Source: Lepidodermella squamata
Taxonomy: Eukaryota > Animalia > Gastrotricha
Assembly (NCBI GenBank): GCA_047495785.1
Contig: JBLDXI010000023.1
Coordinates: 558,001-622,000 of the forward strand
Reading direction: 5' to 3'
DNA: 64,000 bases
Part shown: positions 34,185-48,500 of the stretch, in pieces
How the letters are laid out: every line of letters starts with the position of its first letter
Numbering within the stretch: position 1 is the stretch's first letter
The notes under the pieces: generated by a model
Database searches by the model: none
Told to the model about the DNA's origin: nothing
What the model saw: the letters and a program-made list of their open reading frames with translations, nothing else
Position numbers and translations under genes: made by a program

Positions 34185-37100
34185 ATGGTGAAACTAGGAT
34201 GGCTGGCTTTCTTCTATTTAGTTGCTGAATCAACTTGCTCGGATAGCATCAACAACGTATGGCATTATTTTTCCATAGCAGCTCTCAAAATAGCTATCGA
34301 TTGACCACTATGTTCGATGCTGAACTCGATGTGCTAATGGCTTATAGCGTTGCGGTTTTAATAGTAGGACTATGATTTTGCGCAGTTTTAACCATGAGTC
34401 GTTGCGAGGAAACTGCTGCTCAAAACCGAACCAGGCCATATTGGGTTCACATTTGTAGTCGTGTTGAGGCTTGGGCTTGGGCCGAAATTCCCGTTTTATC
34501 TTGAAATGCAACGTTTGATAGATTATAGCACATTAGCTCGCTGCAATGGGGATTATATCCAGTTCAGCATTTAATTTTCCAAAATGCATCCGATCAACTG
34601 TTGAAAACATTCAGTTCTTTGTATCTTTGTTCTTCTGTTTTATCTCTGTCCTTCATAAAAATCAGGCTTTTGTTCATGCCGCTGGAAACGGGCAAATATC
34701 GACTGTACGCCGATGGCTCTCAAGAGGCATAGTGGATATCAACGCCAAAGTGCCAGGTTATAACGGGGAGATCACTACAGCCCTCCTCAAAGCCGTGAGA
34801 TCAAATGCAAGCTACGACATGGTGTCGCTTCTGCTGGAAAATGGAGCAAAAGTCGATGATGTTGAGCAAGGCCCCAGTAATTTTTCTGCTCTCCACTTGG
34901 CGGCCATCTGTGGCCGGCTTGATCTTGTGAAACTTCTAATTGAGAAATTCAAAGCAAACGCGACTGCTCGAGATGCTTACGGCAATACAGCTATCATGAC
35001 AATGTTCCTAGGCAGTAACGTAGCACCTGAATACTTGAACCTTATGCGATACTTGTTGCCACTCGTCGATTTCAGCGCTAGGAATAAGGACAATGAAACA
35101 ATACTGCATCTTGTCCGAAGAATTTACTCGGCAGGTAAGAAAATTACAAAAAAAACAGAAGTACTTACTAACAGTTAACTCTTTCCTGGGCATGAGGCTT
35201 GTGAAAATTAGCATTTAAATTTGATGAATTGTTGATCGTCCGTTCGAGGAGTACTACTTTTCGATGTTCGCTATAACAATACAAAACAAAGCGCCGTTAT
35301 CCGGCAAGGTAAGGACATGGTAGCTATTTTAAGTAGTCTAATCGAGATGAAAACTAGTTCTAACTGATTTCTTTCCTCAGCAAAATAAATTGAGAGTTTC
35401 AGGGACTGTTAGGGAGGGGCTTAGAACTTGAAATGCTGAAACTAGGGTGTTTGAAGTTTGAAAAAGTGCTGATATCAGATGGGCCAATTGGGCGATTTCG
35501 AGCACTTTTTGTACAGCCTTAACGGTGATGGATAGAGACAAGCGGGTTTCAAAGTCGTAATCAGGACCCCTAAAGCCCGTAGAAATGTTTAAATCAAATA
35601 TTTTTCTACCGGAGATAAATAATTCGGCCATGAAATGGTTAAGATCGGCTGGGGGAGACTGGCTGATTGTTGAGCCAACGGCTGAAGCTTTAAGCATGGT
35701 AAATGTAGTAAATGCTTAGTGGTAAACGTGGGAGCTTATTAAAACTTATTAAAACTTTTGCTTGAGTTTCTATAATCCGTCCTTCAGAGTCAGCGATTAC
35801 GCACTAAGCATAATGTTTCCGATTTTCCGGGTCAAATTCCACACTCAGCCACTGCTGTCATCCATCAGCCACGGTCAGCTCGCGTGTTGTCGTCCAGAGA
35901 GCTTGGTGACTTGGTGACTTGATGACTTGGTCGTGTCATTGCAGTTTTCAATCCAAATTTCGCATGATTTTTCCAGGTGTTACTTACACTGCAGCACCTC
36001 TAACCTTTATTTCTTACCTGTATCATTAATCACCATAACATCAGCGGGCAGATTTTCATTATGAAAATTTTTCAGGTCAAGGCATCTATGCTTTGATGAC
36101 TTACAAACAAAATGATTTCGTTGGCCATATCATTAAACAGTGGTTAATAAGTCCCTAAATTACTTCAAAAACTCATTCCGAACTAAAAGCAAGAGGTTAA
36201 AACATGAACAGAACCGCAATTCACCCGTTTCTTGATAGCAAGTTGCAAGGGACTTCCCGATCATTTTCAGAACACATTATAGGTGCTGCAGTGTAATAAG
36301 CAACACCTGGAAAAATCATGCGAAATTTGGATTGAAAACTGCAATGACACGACCAAGTCACCAAGCTCTCTGGACGACAACACGCGAGCTGACCGTGGCT
36401 GATGGATGACAGCAATGGCTGAGTGTGGACTTTGACCCGGAAAATCGGAAACATAATGAGCAATACTGAACTGACTCCTAAGGTATGCTGTAGATGTTAG
36501 AATTTCGTAAATTCCCCTCAGAACGCCTGGTTGAAAGTGATGGCCTCCGCTCAAAGCCACAGCGCTAACAAATCAACACATTTGCAGCCAGTGTGCGACT
36601 TTCAGGGGGGGATGGGGGGGATCATCCCCCCCAGCTCGGCCGGGCCAGACAACAAAATGAGAATTTATCCCACTGTTTTGTTAATTTTGCAAGGTTCTGG
36701 GGCGTGTTTTAGTGGAAATTCTCCAAAAGTTTCTCGCTCCGCTCGGTTATTAGCCGAAATGACACGTCATTTTGGCAAATACAGCAAAAAAATTTTTTCC
36801 ATCCCCGGGAGCTCGGGGATCGAAGATCGCACCCTGTTTGCAGCTGAAAATTTCTCGAAAAATTGAAAGTTCACTGAATTCTGCAGACTCAGGATAGGGG
36901 TAGTATATCAAGCTCAATTCGAACTACAATTATTGACTATCTTTTTTTCCTAATGAGGTATGCTGTAGCCTGATAGGGCTCAGAAAACATCTACCAGTGT
37001 GACTGAATTTCACTTATTTTGGTATATTTCTGTGACACTGTGATACTTGAAGTCAACTTAATGTGCTTATGTGAAAAGATCCGCTTCCATTCGTCCAGTT

Positions 37101-39683
37101 GCTGCTGGAAACCAACGAGGGCCGACTAGACATCAATGCTCGCGACAAGGATGGCAACACGCCGCTGCTGCTCGCTACGAAAGCCGGTAAATCAACTGCC
37201 TTGGTTCGATACCTCATCGAAAAAGGCGCCGATACCAACGCAACCAACAACCAAAATGTAAACATGCTACTCGCAGCCTGCCAAGTCGATCGCCCTTTCT
37301 CTAAACCGGACCCTCTTTCATTCATCAAAATCGCTGTTGAAATGGGTGGTGTTGACGTCAATTCTCAAAGCGTAGACGGGAGCCGGTGTTTCAGTTTCCT
37401 AATTTACCGGGAATTGGTGTCTCGGCCTATCTATGATTTGGATTTTCTTCCAATCATGGCATACCTATTAAGGAAAGGCTACGTCGTCGACAACAATGAT
37501 TTCGGCTTCACGCCACTCATGTCAACAGTTTCTTCATACCCTGATCGCCCAAGATTGCTCGATTTGCTGCTGGAAAATGGCGCCGATGTCAACGCGACAG
37601 ATTACAACGGCAGAACGGCAGTTGATATTGCATTGGCTGTATTTTCGAAAATGACTACGGCGTATTTGCGTAGGCGAGGCGGTGTTTCTGGGAAAGAGAC
37701 TCATAGAGTAACATCGATGCCGCGTCAAACTGCCACGCCATTTCAGCAGCGGATTGTAACGCCTGACTGGCCTGCGTGGCAACCGCAACCATCCGCAACT
37801 GAATCTATCACAACTCAATCTGATCAAGAAAAGCAAGACTCCGTAATTGAAATACTTAGTTATTCAAAGTTAAATTGTCAGCATTATAAAACCCTTCCCC
37901 AATTAGGAATTTATCGACTTTATCACAGCTGGCAATTTTAGTGCTGTGAAGCAAATGATTGAAGAAAAGCGAACTACAGGAGATGCTTTTCGCTTGGAAT
38001 TGGTGAGTAACTACTACGTCATCATCCCAACCGTAGCCAAAGCTGTCATAGCCGAAAATGCTTCAATTGACATGGTAAAGTTGCTTCTTGAAAATAACGG
38101 CGATCCAGACGCGATTCACCCGGGAGCGAGTCTCACCCCATTGATGATCGCTTTGGACGAAAACCGGCTGGACATGGCGAAACTTCTTATCGACCATGGG
38201 GCTGATGTTAACCATATTCGACCATCGGGTGATTATGAAGAAGCATTTCACGAAACTGCATTGCTGAGAGCTGCATCGAGATCACTGGAACACGTCAAAT
38301 TTCTCATCGCAAATGGAGCTGTGAAGGATAAAGATCGGTTATTATTTGAGGCTTGTAAAATCCAATATCCAATACCGAATACCAAACAAATCCCCGATGC
38401 ACTGCCGTTTGTGAAATTCGCTGTGGAAGAGGCTGATAATTCCCCGAATGGCTTCGATTCATTCGGGAGAACGTCATTGTTAATTGCAGCAGACGAGCTG
38501 AAAGCGCCCGATCGCATGCAAGTTATCGAGTACTTGTGGTCTAAAGGAGCCAATCCTCTATTGAATGACTTGTCTACGAAGGGCTACACCCTTCTGCATC
38601 TAGCTGTGGATAAGCAGGATTTTGATTTCGTGCGGTTTGCCGTGGAGAAGATGAACATGAGTTTGGAAATTCGTGATTCTTACGGCTTCACGCCGCTTTT
38701 GTTGGCTGCGAACAACAGGCTTGACGAAATTGCAAATTATTTGCTGCAGCGTGGCGCTGACAAAAATGCGATTGACCTGCTTGGCAACAACGCGTTTTTG
38801 CACGCTTGTCGTGAATCCCCGCCGTTCATGCTGGCTAAACTGTTGATCAATCAATACGAATTTGACGTCAACTCACAGGTAATTTTGCCAAAGCTCACGT
38901 TGATAATGGGAGATGATGGTGAGGTGGTTCTACGTCCTAGAAACATTACCACCAAGGCTCCTGTTGCACGCAGTTTAGTCAAGCATAGCATGTAGGATGG
39001 GTTTCATGCTTCGGCTTATCATCAAAAAGGCTTACATATATTACGGACAGCTCAACATTAAGAATCAGATTTTTTCTTGCTTTCATTTGCGAGCATTCAT
39101 CTCTATTTTCTCCAAAACCTTCAGGGATTTCTATATGCGAATTTTCGATATAAATAGGCTAATGGCATAGTGCAGGCTTCTCCAACTTGGGTCCTTTTTC
39201 CTTGGGTGACGAGGAATGTCTGATGATTTCTGTAAAATATACCGAAGATTTAGTTCACTTTTGATCACTCTTCCAAAAAAGTATTCAAAAACAGCGTTGG
39301 CTAATGGTCGTTATTTCTAGAATTATGACAACGAAACGTGTCTGGCTCTCGTTTATCAACTGCGCGGCTTGGGCGATTTCCCGAAATTTCTTGTGTCAAG
39401 AGGATACGACATCAATCGAAAGCTACGCAATGGCGATACTGTTCTTGCTTTGCAAGTGAGTCAAGCTGAGACTTTCAACATTGATGCGATGTTTGAAGCT
39501 GGAGCGGATATCAATGCGGAAAGCGACGATGGACTAACTCCGCTGGATCTGGCCCTGCTTTACGAAAATACAATAGCGGCCAATGCTTTGATAGCACTGA
39601 AGGCTGTAACGTCGAGGCCATTGCCGAAATACGTGACTTTGCCGGCTCCCGGCCCACTATCCAAGACAAAACCGGCCTTATAA
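34185..39683 (+). CDS. Signal-peptide-bearing ankyrin-repeat protein, copy 1 (~879 aa)
   Basis: Exons 34185-34256, 34666-35134, 37079-37842, 37907-38878, 39321-39683, all phases compatible. Many G.TPL..A / LL..GAD.N ankyrin repeats. Exon 1 encodes MVKLGWLAFFYLVAESTCSDSINN. Confidence 0.85.
35213..35345 (-). repeat. Dispersed repeat, inverted copy of 8244-8378 / 23530-23664
   Basis: Reverse complement matches TAGACTA..TACCATGTCCT..CATCGAAAAGTAGTA..GATCAACAA..CATCAAATT. Confidence 0.7.
35810..36458. repeat. Inverted repeat (~185-bp arms, ~275-bp spacer) in ankyrin copy 1 intron 2
   Basis: 35810-36003 is the reverse complement of 36277-36458 apart from an internal GACTTGGT expansion and a few mismatches. 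Confidence 0.85.
36589..36836. mobile_element. hAT-like MITE
   Basis: CAGTGTGCGACTT...AAGATCGCACCCTG with 8-bp TSD TTTGCAGC (36581-36588, 36837-36844). A shorter diverged relative lies at 56520-56633. Confidence 0.8.
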
Positions 39684-40540
39684 TTGATTATAATTGATAA
39701 ACTCAGCCCCACAAACTTTGTTTCTTCTGAGTTGAATTAGTTGACCATGAAATTCCCGATAGCCTGTTCTATTTCAGGATCAATTCACGGTGATCGCCTT
39801 GGTTTCGCACTTCATTGATGTGTATTGTTTGATTTTAATGTTTTGCCTTTTTTCTTCTGTGTATGGGATATCGGTTCCTGGCCCATATAACCTGGCCCAA
39901 TTATCACCATTCCTTGAATTCAGATGAATAAAATAATTGATATTTACAGTTGACAGTGAAATCCCCACAGCTGACAGCTCTACATGTAATAAGGTGCGTG
40001 TAGAAAACAACAACTCGTGCAGAGAGACGAATTCACTTCAGGCCTTCAAGTCGTGTGAAAACGACGTGTAGGGGTTTGTATAGTTATAATTTCTACGGCC
40101 TACCGTTGTCTCACGCTTCAGCCAGATGCCATTTGCGATACATTTGAAAATGTTTTTCAAGAGATTTAAAAAAAATCGATTATCTCGAATCTCGAAATTT
40201 CACATAACTAGGTATCTGTTGGCACATTATCTTGCTGCTATGCAGTTAAGATCCATTTCACCGGTTAACTTTCTCAATTATATTAAACTAATTTATTTTA
40301 AGAATATTAATAAAATATCTCCTGCGTTTAGGACTGTTAGACTCTTTCAACTTTTATTTATCATCTATCGCGCTTTGAGTGTCATGCCACTTTAGCTCGT
40401 TTTACAGTGGCATGCCAGATTGAATTATATTGCAAAACATTAGGTGCCACTAAAATCGAGGAAATTAAAAATGGATCAAAAACCGTGTTTCACTTTATAG
40501 TGGCATGACACCAAAGCGCGGTAATACGGTATAAAATCAG

Positions 40541-40725
40541 GCGCTTGTTCACGATGCCGTTTATGGGCACATATCGAATGTTCGCCGCTTGCTCTCAAGA
40601 GGATAGTCGATATCAACGCCAGAGTGCAAATGGCTGGTGGCACAACATCTACAGCCCTCATCAATGCTGCGAGGTGTAATGCTCGCCACGACATTGTGTC
40701 GCTCCTGCTGGAAAATGGAGCAAAA
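40541..40725 (+). pseudogene. Truncated ankyrin exon-2 copy, ending at the adjacent LINE
   Basis: After acceptor ATCAG: ALVHD..SNVRRLLSRG, frameshift, IVDINARVQ..TALINAARCNARHDIVSLLLENGAK, homologous to exon 2 of the array genes. Confidence 0.75.
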
Positions 40726-40759
40726 CTGTCAAATATTAGTTATTGAAATCTGTTTAAAC

Positions 40760-42144
40760 TACAGAAATTTTGTTGCAAAATCACTTCCTAGAGTCCAGAA
40801 ACCTCCTACCTCGCCATCAATATGGCTTTAGGTCCCTTCGATCTTTGCAACAAAATTTCTGTATCACTTCCTAGAAATTTTGTTGCAAAATCACTTCCTA
40901 GAGTCCAGAAACCTCCTACCTCGCCATCAATATGGCTTTAGGTCCCTTCGATCTACCATCGACCCAGTGTTCAGATTCATATCTGACATTGGCATCTCCA
41001 TCTCGAAACGATACAAGCTGGTGGCGTTGCTCCTTGACTTCAAGGCTGCGTTCGATTGCATCTGGCACGATGGTCTTCGAACCAATTAAGCTGAAGCAAT
41101 CAGGTGCCCCGGAACCAATCGTCAGATGGGTGTCCGACTTTCTGCGCGACCGCTCATTTCAGGTCCGCGTCGGCTCTGAACTTAGTGATTCGCGGCCTAT
41201 CTGCTGTGGTGTGCCGCAAGGCTCGCCACTGTCGCCCCTTTTATTCATTTTTTACGCTGCAGAAATGCAGCCGAAGGATTCCAAGCCAGACGACGGCTCC
41301 CATCGTGTCGCGAAAGGCACGTTTGCCGACGACGCGCTCAACTGGGCGTATGGTGTGAACTACCACACCTGCGTCAGCCGCCTGCATAGGCGCCTGCGGG
41401 TTATCGAACAATGGTGCAATCGCTGGAGATTGCGTCTCAACCCGGCCAAGTGCGAGTCGATGGTTTTCGGCCACTACGGACGCACGCCACCCTCTGTCGC
41501 CCTTGAGCTCTATGGCCAGCCGATTCCGCAGGTCAACCGAGTCCGTTATCTTGGCATTCACCTGACGCCTCAGCTGAGCTGGAACTACCACATAAGCGTT
41601 GTAGCCGCGAAGCTCAGGCCCCGGGTGGGGTCACTGTATGCCCTTTGCAAACGCAATATACTTAATAAGCGCACTTGCGTTCTTCTGTATAAATCCCTTC
41701 TAGAGTCCTTGGTTGCCTATGGAGCACCTGCCTTGCGCTGCATGCCCTTGTCATCCTGGAAGCAGCTGACGGATCTGCAAGCCCACTGCCTTAGAGCCCT
41801 CCTTGATCTGCCCTTCGAAGTTGAGCCTTGTGACGCCCTTGCCTTCGCTGGAGTCGACTCCATCGAAGAAGTGTTCCATCGAAGTTTTGAACGATATGGA
41901 GGCCGCTGCTTAGCGGCTGATCTTGACATGGCGGAGTATATCAAATACGTCGCCGAAATCGCACCTTCTGATGAAAAAGCCCGTCAAAGCTTGGAGCAAA
42001 AATGCCCCGCCTGGCATTTGCGAAACGAAACCAGAACCGAAATAATCTCAGCTGATAACCGCGTATGGCTAGATATCGAATGCTAAGAACAAAATCAACG
42101 AAAAATCAACAGAAATCAATGAAAAACGGCATGAAAAAAAAAAA
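40760..42144 (+). mobile_element. 5'-truncated non-LTR retrotransposon (Jockey/I-like RT)
   Basis: QYGFR..ST, LDFKAAFD, GVPQGSPLSPLLF, FADD, LNPAKC, RYLG. Frameshift near 41085, ~80-bp tandem duplication at the 5' end (40763-40842 / 40873-40952), A-rich tail at ~42134. Confidence 0.88.
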
Positions 42145-42532
42145 CATATAAAAATATCCTGTTTTATATATAATTATAACATATGTGATGAAATATTGTT
42201 ATAGCTTTTATATTTTTATGAAAGCACAGTGCGGGCATGAGTTAACGCGCCGCGAGTGCCGAGAGGCAAAGGTTGTAAAATAAAATCTTTTTCATGCCAA
42301 ACTAACTTTTGAATGGATCCAATGAAATCAGACGTTATATATTACAATGGCATGCTATTCATGTTTGTGTGTCAGCGGCGTTTATCACGTGACGACGATG
42401 CATTCTTGCCCAACACAAGCATAGTGCCAGCGCTGGAGAAATGTTCTTAGTGCCATACTCATATGCCACCGGTATCCACACGATGGGCTGCCCACACGAT
42501 TGATGTCGTATTTGCTTCATAACACTTTTGAA

Positions 42533-45500
42533 ATGGTAAAATTTCCACGATTTCTGGCTTGCATCTGCTTAGTTGCAGGATCAACTTGCTCGGATCACAT
42601 CAACAACGTATGACATTATCATTTCTTCATACCGTATTTCTCGAAAATATACCGCTCCTCGAAAATATCCCCCACCCGAATACAACCCTACAAAACGTAC
42701 CGTTTGATCATAAATATACCGCACCTCGAAATTCTACCCCATGATATTTGAAAACATCAGAGCACAGTATCAATTTACCATGAAAACGAAATAAGCACCC
42801 CATCAGGATGTTGCTCAGCTTTGGCGGGACATAAGATTATCAGTGAATAATCAGTGAATCAGTTAATAGAGGCATGAAGAGCGAAGTGGGAGTAGAGCAT
42901 TTTGAATTTTACAGTCGATTCTTTTCGAAATATGCATTATAGGTTACTGATTTCAAGGCTTATTTCGTGTTTCAATCGTATACAACTAAGACTAACTGAT
43001 AAAACATCAATAAATGTGCAAGTTGTCCTTTTGCACGCTTCGGTCCAATAAAACGAAAGCGCGTGTTGTTAGCAGTATTTACCACATTTCTGAAAAATTG
43101 TTCATGGATCATAAATATACCGCACCTCGAAAATATCCCGCACCCCGATTACAACCCTATAAAATGTTTGGTTCAATCGCAAATATACCCCGGTGTATAT
43201 TTTCGAGAAATACGGTACATAGCAGTATGAGTGAAAGTGTAAACACCACCAATATTTCAAAATTTACTTTTTGCTCTTTCATATTCAGTTTTTCAAAGTG
43301 GTTCTAGGTGTGCAATTATGTTTTCGAAGTGCGATCGGGAACTCGAGGGTGTGCTAATAGCTTATAGAATCGCAGTTTTCATTATTAAAAGCAGGGTTAT
43401 GATTTGCACTGTCGCGATTCAACCAGGTGTTGTAGCAAATAAAATATGCTGATTTTTACGGCCGTGGCTTCAAGTGAGCTATGCCGCTCAAAACAAACCA
43501 GGTCCCATCGGGTTAAAATTTGTAGTCTTGTTAACTGGTACCAGACCGGTTTATTGCTTATCTAAAACGCGCATCAGCTCGTTGCCATGACGATTTGATC
43601 CAGTTCACTGTTTCATTTCCAAAATTCATTCGCTCAACCGTTGAACACATCAGTTCTTTGTATATTTGTTCTGTTTTTATCCTTCATACAAATCAGGCGT
43701 TTGTTCACGCCGTCGAAATCGAACAAATATCGACTGTTCGCCGCTTGCTCTCGAAAGGCCTGGTCGATATCAGCGCCAGAGTGCCAGCTGATGACGGGGA
43801 GGTAACTGCAGCTCTCATCGCCGCCGCGAGCTCAAATGCCAGTTACGACATGGTGTCGCTTCTGCTAGAAAAAGGTGCAAATGTCAACGACGTTGAAATA
43901 AGTACCTCAAATCGCACTGCTCTTCATTGGGCGGCTTACTGGGGCCGGCTTGACATAACGAAACTGCTAGTTGAGAAATTCAAGGCAGACCTAGGTGTTC
44001 GAGACGCCTTTGGTAATACAGCTCTCATGACAATGTTCCTTAGCAGTGATGTTTCGCCCGAATATTTGAGTCTTTTGCGACACTTGTCGCCCCTCGTCGA
44101 TGTCATCTCAAGGAACGTGTACAACAAAACGGCACTACACCTTGCCAGTGCGATTTCTTCGACAGGTAAGAAAAATTACAAGAAAAGTATACTCACTAAT
44201 AGCTAGGCTCGGCGGGGGAGGTTGTCCGAATGTTGGGGCACCAGCTGAACCTTGAAACATGATAAATATTTTGTTTTGAAAATTGCTTGAGTTTCTCTAA
44301 TCTGTCCGGCAAAGCCGGCGATCTGAGGGGTTTGGGCACTGAGCACTAAGGAAATACAGGATGACATTGTTAATATTCCCTTAAGAAAGCCCGATTCAAA
44401 CTTTTTTATTGATTGTCGGCCAATTGATTAGTAATTTGAACAGATCCGGTTCCATTCGTCAAGTTGCTGGTGGAAACCAACGGGAGCCGACTGGACATCA
44501 ATGCTCGCGACAAGGATGGTAACACGCCGCTGCTGATCGCTACGAAAACCGGTAAATCAACTGCCTTGGTTCAATACCTCATCGAAAAAGGCGCCGATAC
44601 CAACGCAACCAACAACCTAAATGAAAACATGCTGCTTCTCGCTTGCCAGATCAGCCGCCCCAGCCCAAACCCAGACCCGCTTCCATTTATCGAAATCGCT
44701 GTTGAACAGGCTGGCGTTGACATGAATTCTGAGAGTGTCAATAGAACGCGATGTTACCACCACCTGATCAATCGCGATGCAAGGTCTACTATATACGAAA
44801 CGGGTCTCGTTCCTATCACGGCATACTTATTGAGAAAAGGCTACGACGTCAACAGCCGGTCGGGTGATTTCGGCTTCACACCTCTCATGATGTCAGCTGC
44901 TTCACCACTTTACCCAAGATTGATCGATTTGCTGCTGAAAAATGGCGCCGATCTCAACGCGACAACTTACGACGGCAGAACGGCAGTTGATATTGCAATT
45001 GACGGTTCATACTCGAAAATGACAGCTGCGTATTTGCGTAGGCGAGGCGGCGTGCCTGGGCAAGCGATTCACAGGGTAACGTCGATGCCGCGCCAAACTG
45101 CTATGCCATTCCAGCCGCGGATTGTAACGCCTAACTGGTCTGTGTGGCAACCGCAACCATCTTATACTCAATCTAATCAAGAAAAGCAAGATTCCGTAAG
45201 TGATATACCTGGTTATTCAAAGTTAAATTGTCAGCATTATAAAACCCTTCCCCAATTAGGAATTTATAGCCTATATCACAGCTGATAATTTGAGTGCTGT
45301 GAAGCAAATGATTGAAGAAAAGCGAGCCACAGGAGATGCTTTTCGCTTGGAATGGAAGAATAATCACTACGTCCTCTTTCCAGCCGTAGCCGAAGCTGTC
45401 AACGCTAAAAATGCTTCAACTGACATGTTAAAGTTGCTGCTCGAAAACAACGGCGATCCAGATGCGATTCACCCGGGAACCAGTCTCACCCCATTGATGA

Positions 45501-48500
45501 TGGCTTTGGACAAAGGCCGGTTGGACATGGCGAAACTTCTGATTAGCCACGGGGCTGACATTGATTTCAGAACAACTTACCGAACAACTGCGCTGCTCAG
45601 AGCTGTACCAATATCGTTGGAAAACGTTAAATTTCTTGTCGCGAATGGAGCTACGAAGGATAAAGATCATTTATTACTTGAGTCTTGTAAAATCCAATTT
45701 CCAATATTCGATACCCAACAAATCCCTCATGCACTGCCGTTTGTCAAATTCGCTGTGGAAGAGGCTAATAATTCCATGAATGGCGTCGATTCATCCGGGA
45801 AAACGCCGTTGATAATTGCAGCAGAGCAGCTAAAAGCGCCCGATCGCTTGCAAGTTATCGAATACTTGTGGTCCAAAGGAGCTGATCCTAACGTTCCATT
45901 GAATGACTGGTCGACGATGGGCTACAGCCTACTGCATCTAGCTGTGGACAAGAGGGATTTTGATTTCGTAAAGTTTGCCGTGGAGAAGATGAACTTGAGC
46001 TTGGAAGCTCGTGAATCTAACGGATTCACGCCGTTGTTGTTGGCTGCGTACAAAAAGCATGGCGAAATTGCAAATTATTTGCTGCAGCGTGGCGCGGACA
46101 AAACTGCGGTTGACCTGCTTGGCAACAACGCGTTTTTGCACGCTTGCCGGGGACAATCCTCGCCATTCACACTAGCTAAACGTTTAATCGATCAATACGG
46201 ACTTGATGTCAACTCACAGGTAATTTTGCCACAGCTCACGGTGATAATGAGAGATGATGGTGAGAAGGCCCAGGGTAATCTGTTGCACGCAGATTAGTCA
46301 AGCATAACATGTGGTATGGGGTTCAAGCAGAATCGATTCCTGTAGAAGCTTCTAGAATTACAAGCTTCGGCTTATCTTTGAATCGACTTAGTTATTTTAC
46401 TGACCGCTCATCACTAAGTATCAGATTTTTGCATAGTGCTTCTCCAACTTGGGTCCTTTATCCTTACAAGCTTCCTCCAGAATTACAAGCTTCGGCTATC
46501 TTTATTCAGATCGATATATATCACAGACCGCTTATCACTATGAATCAGACTTTCTCTTTTATACTTGCTTCCATTTGCGAAAATAGTGAAAATTTACTTT
46601 GTGTGAACAAGAGTTAATAATTATGAATCATCGCTGCATGTTTTGCAAAGTGATGATTCATAATTAGTGCAAAAGGATCACACCAGGTAGTTCACATTTG
46701 ATCACTCCAAAAGAATAATAATAATAATAATAATGGTTTTATTTAGTCCTCCTCTCGATTAAGCATCTATACCGTAAAAACGGTTTTGAGGAGGGCGAAG
46801 GCAGGCGAAAGATGGAAATCACCCACCCCCACAGTTGAAGATTCTACTTTTTCCAAAAAATTCATAATCATTCATTGAGTCAACAATGTTGCGCCATTCA
46901 ATTTTATCAAAAGAAAGTAATTCAGTCAATTGCAGATCAGGAATAATTTTAATTTCAAATTTATTTTCTTTTTCGCCGGATTTTTTGTTTTTAGCTGGCT
47001 TTTTGCCTTTCTGATTTTTGGGTTGTCTTTTCTTCCGGCGAACTTCCTTAACAATGCCAACCTTGTGTAGACTTCTGTTTATGCCGTTTATCCACCTAGT
47101 TCGAGGTCTGCCTCTCGGTGCGAACCACCCGAACGGAGGTGTCCACGTATAAATCAAGTTCAGAAGGCCGTACTCATCGTAATCACGAGATCTAATGATG
47201 TGTCCTAGATATCTTAAACGCTGTTTTTCAATGATGCGGCTGACTTCGATCAGACCTCCGCACAATGCCAATCTAATGTCAATGTTAGGAATATAATCCA
47301 TCAGGTGTATACCTAAAATCGCTCGTAGCCAACGATATTCTAAAACATTCAACCTATTTTCCTGGCTTAAAGAAATATTCCAGGATTCGCAGGCGTAAAT
47401 GATGGTAGGTACGATGACGCAAGTGAGTACTTTCAATTTGGTTTGTAATGACACATGATTCCTACTGCACATGAATTTATTCATCGCACCAAATACGCTG
47501 CCAGCCTTTGAAATTCTATAATTTAATTCTTCGTCAATGCGACCGTCGCTGGTTATAATGCTACCTAAGTATTTGAATTTGGAGACCTTTTCCAGTTTCG
47601 ATCCGCGCAGCTCTAGTTCATAATTTCTTACTGCAGCATCGTCCCTGGAAATGATCATGTATTGAGTTTTTGCCACGTTAATTTTCAATCCTAATTCTTC
47701 GCATGCCATGTCAAAAATTTCTAGAAGGCGCTTAATTTCGTCATGGTTCATGCCTAGGAGAGTTCCATCATCGGCGAAAGCTAATAAATTTAGATAATCA
47801 CCGTTGTTCATAGGGAAACCAAATTTTGTGTCGTATAATTTTTCGCAAATTTTGTTAAAAGTAGCAATGAAAAGCAGAGGGGACAGCGGGCAGCCTTGCC
47901 TTAGACCCCTAGTTACATAGAAAAAATCGGAGACCTCAGAATCCACTTTTACCGCAACTTTATTTACTTTATATAGACTCTTAATCGCGTCAATAAGGCT
48001 AGTTTCAACACCCATGTTTTCCAAGGCTGTCCAAACCTTTTCCCTATCGACCAGATCATAGGCTTTTTCGAGGTCAATGAAGACAAGATGAAGTTCTTTG
48101 CGAAAGAAAATAATTTTTTCAATTATTTGTCTAAGAACAAAAATACAATCACGGGTGCCTTTAAGAGGCTGAAATCCGAATTGTAATTTGGAGATTTTCG
48201 ATCCAATCAAAGACCTTAGTTTTCTTTCGAGGATAACAGCATAAAGTTTACCTACAACAGAAAGCAGACTGATGCCTCGATAGTTTTGACACTTGGATTT
48301 TTCACCCTTATTTTTATAAATCGGAGTAATAAGGGCGGTGGACCATTCCTCGGGGACCTTCTTTTCCCGCCAGGCTTGGTTTAAAATTTCACCTAACCAT
48401 TTGATATTTGTTTCTGACAAAGCTTTGATCATCTCAGGTCTAATTTCGTCAATACCCGGGGCCTTCCCGTTTTTCATGTGATCAATAGCTCCCTCAATTT

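Noticed and set aside
34546-38995. Treating each ankyrin ORF as a separate prokaryote-style gene or bacterial contamination
   Set aside because: Conserved splice sites and phases across four paralogs show they are exons of single eukaryotic genes.
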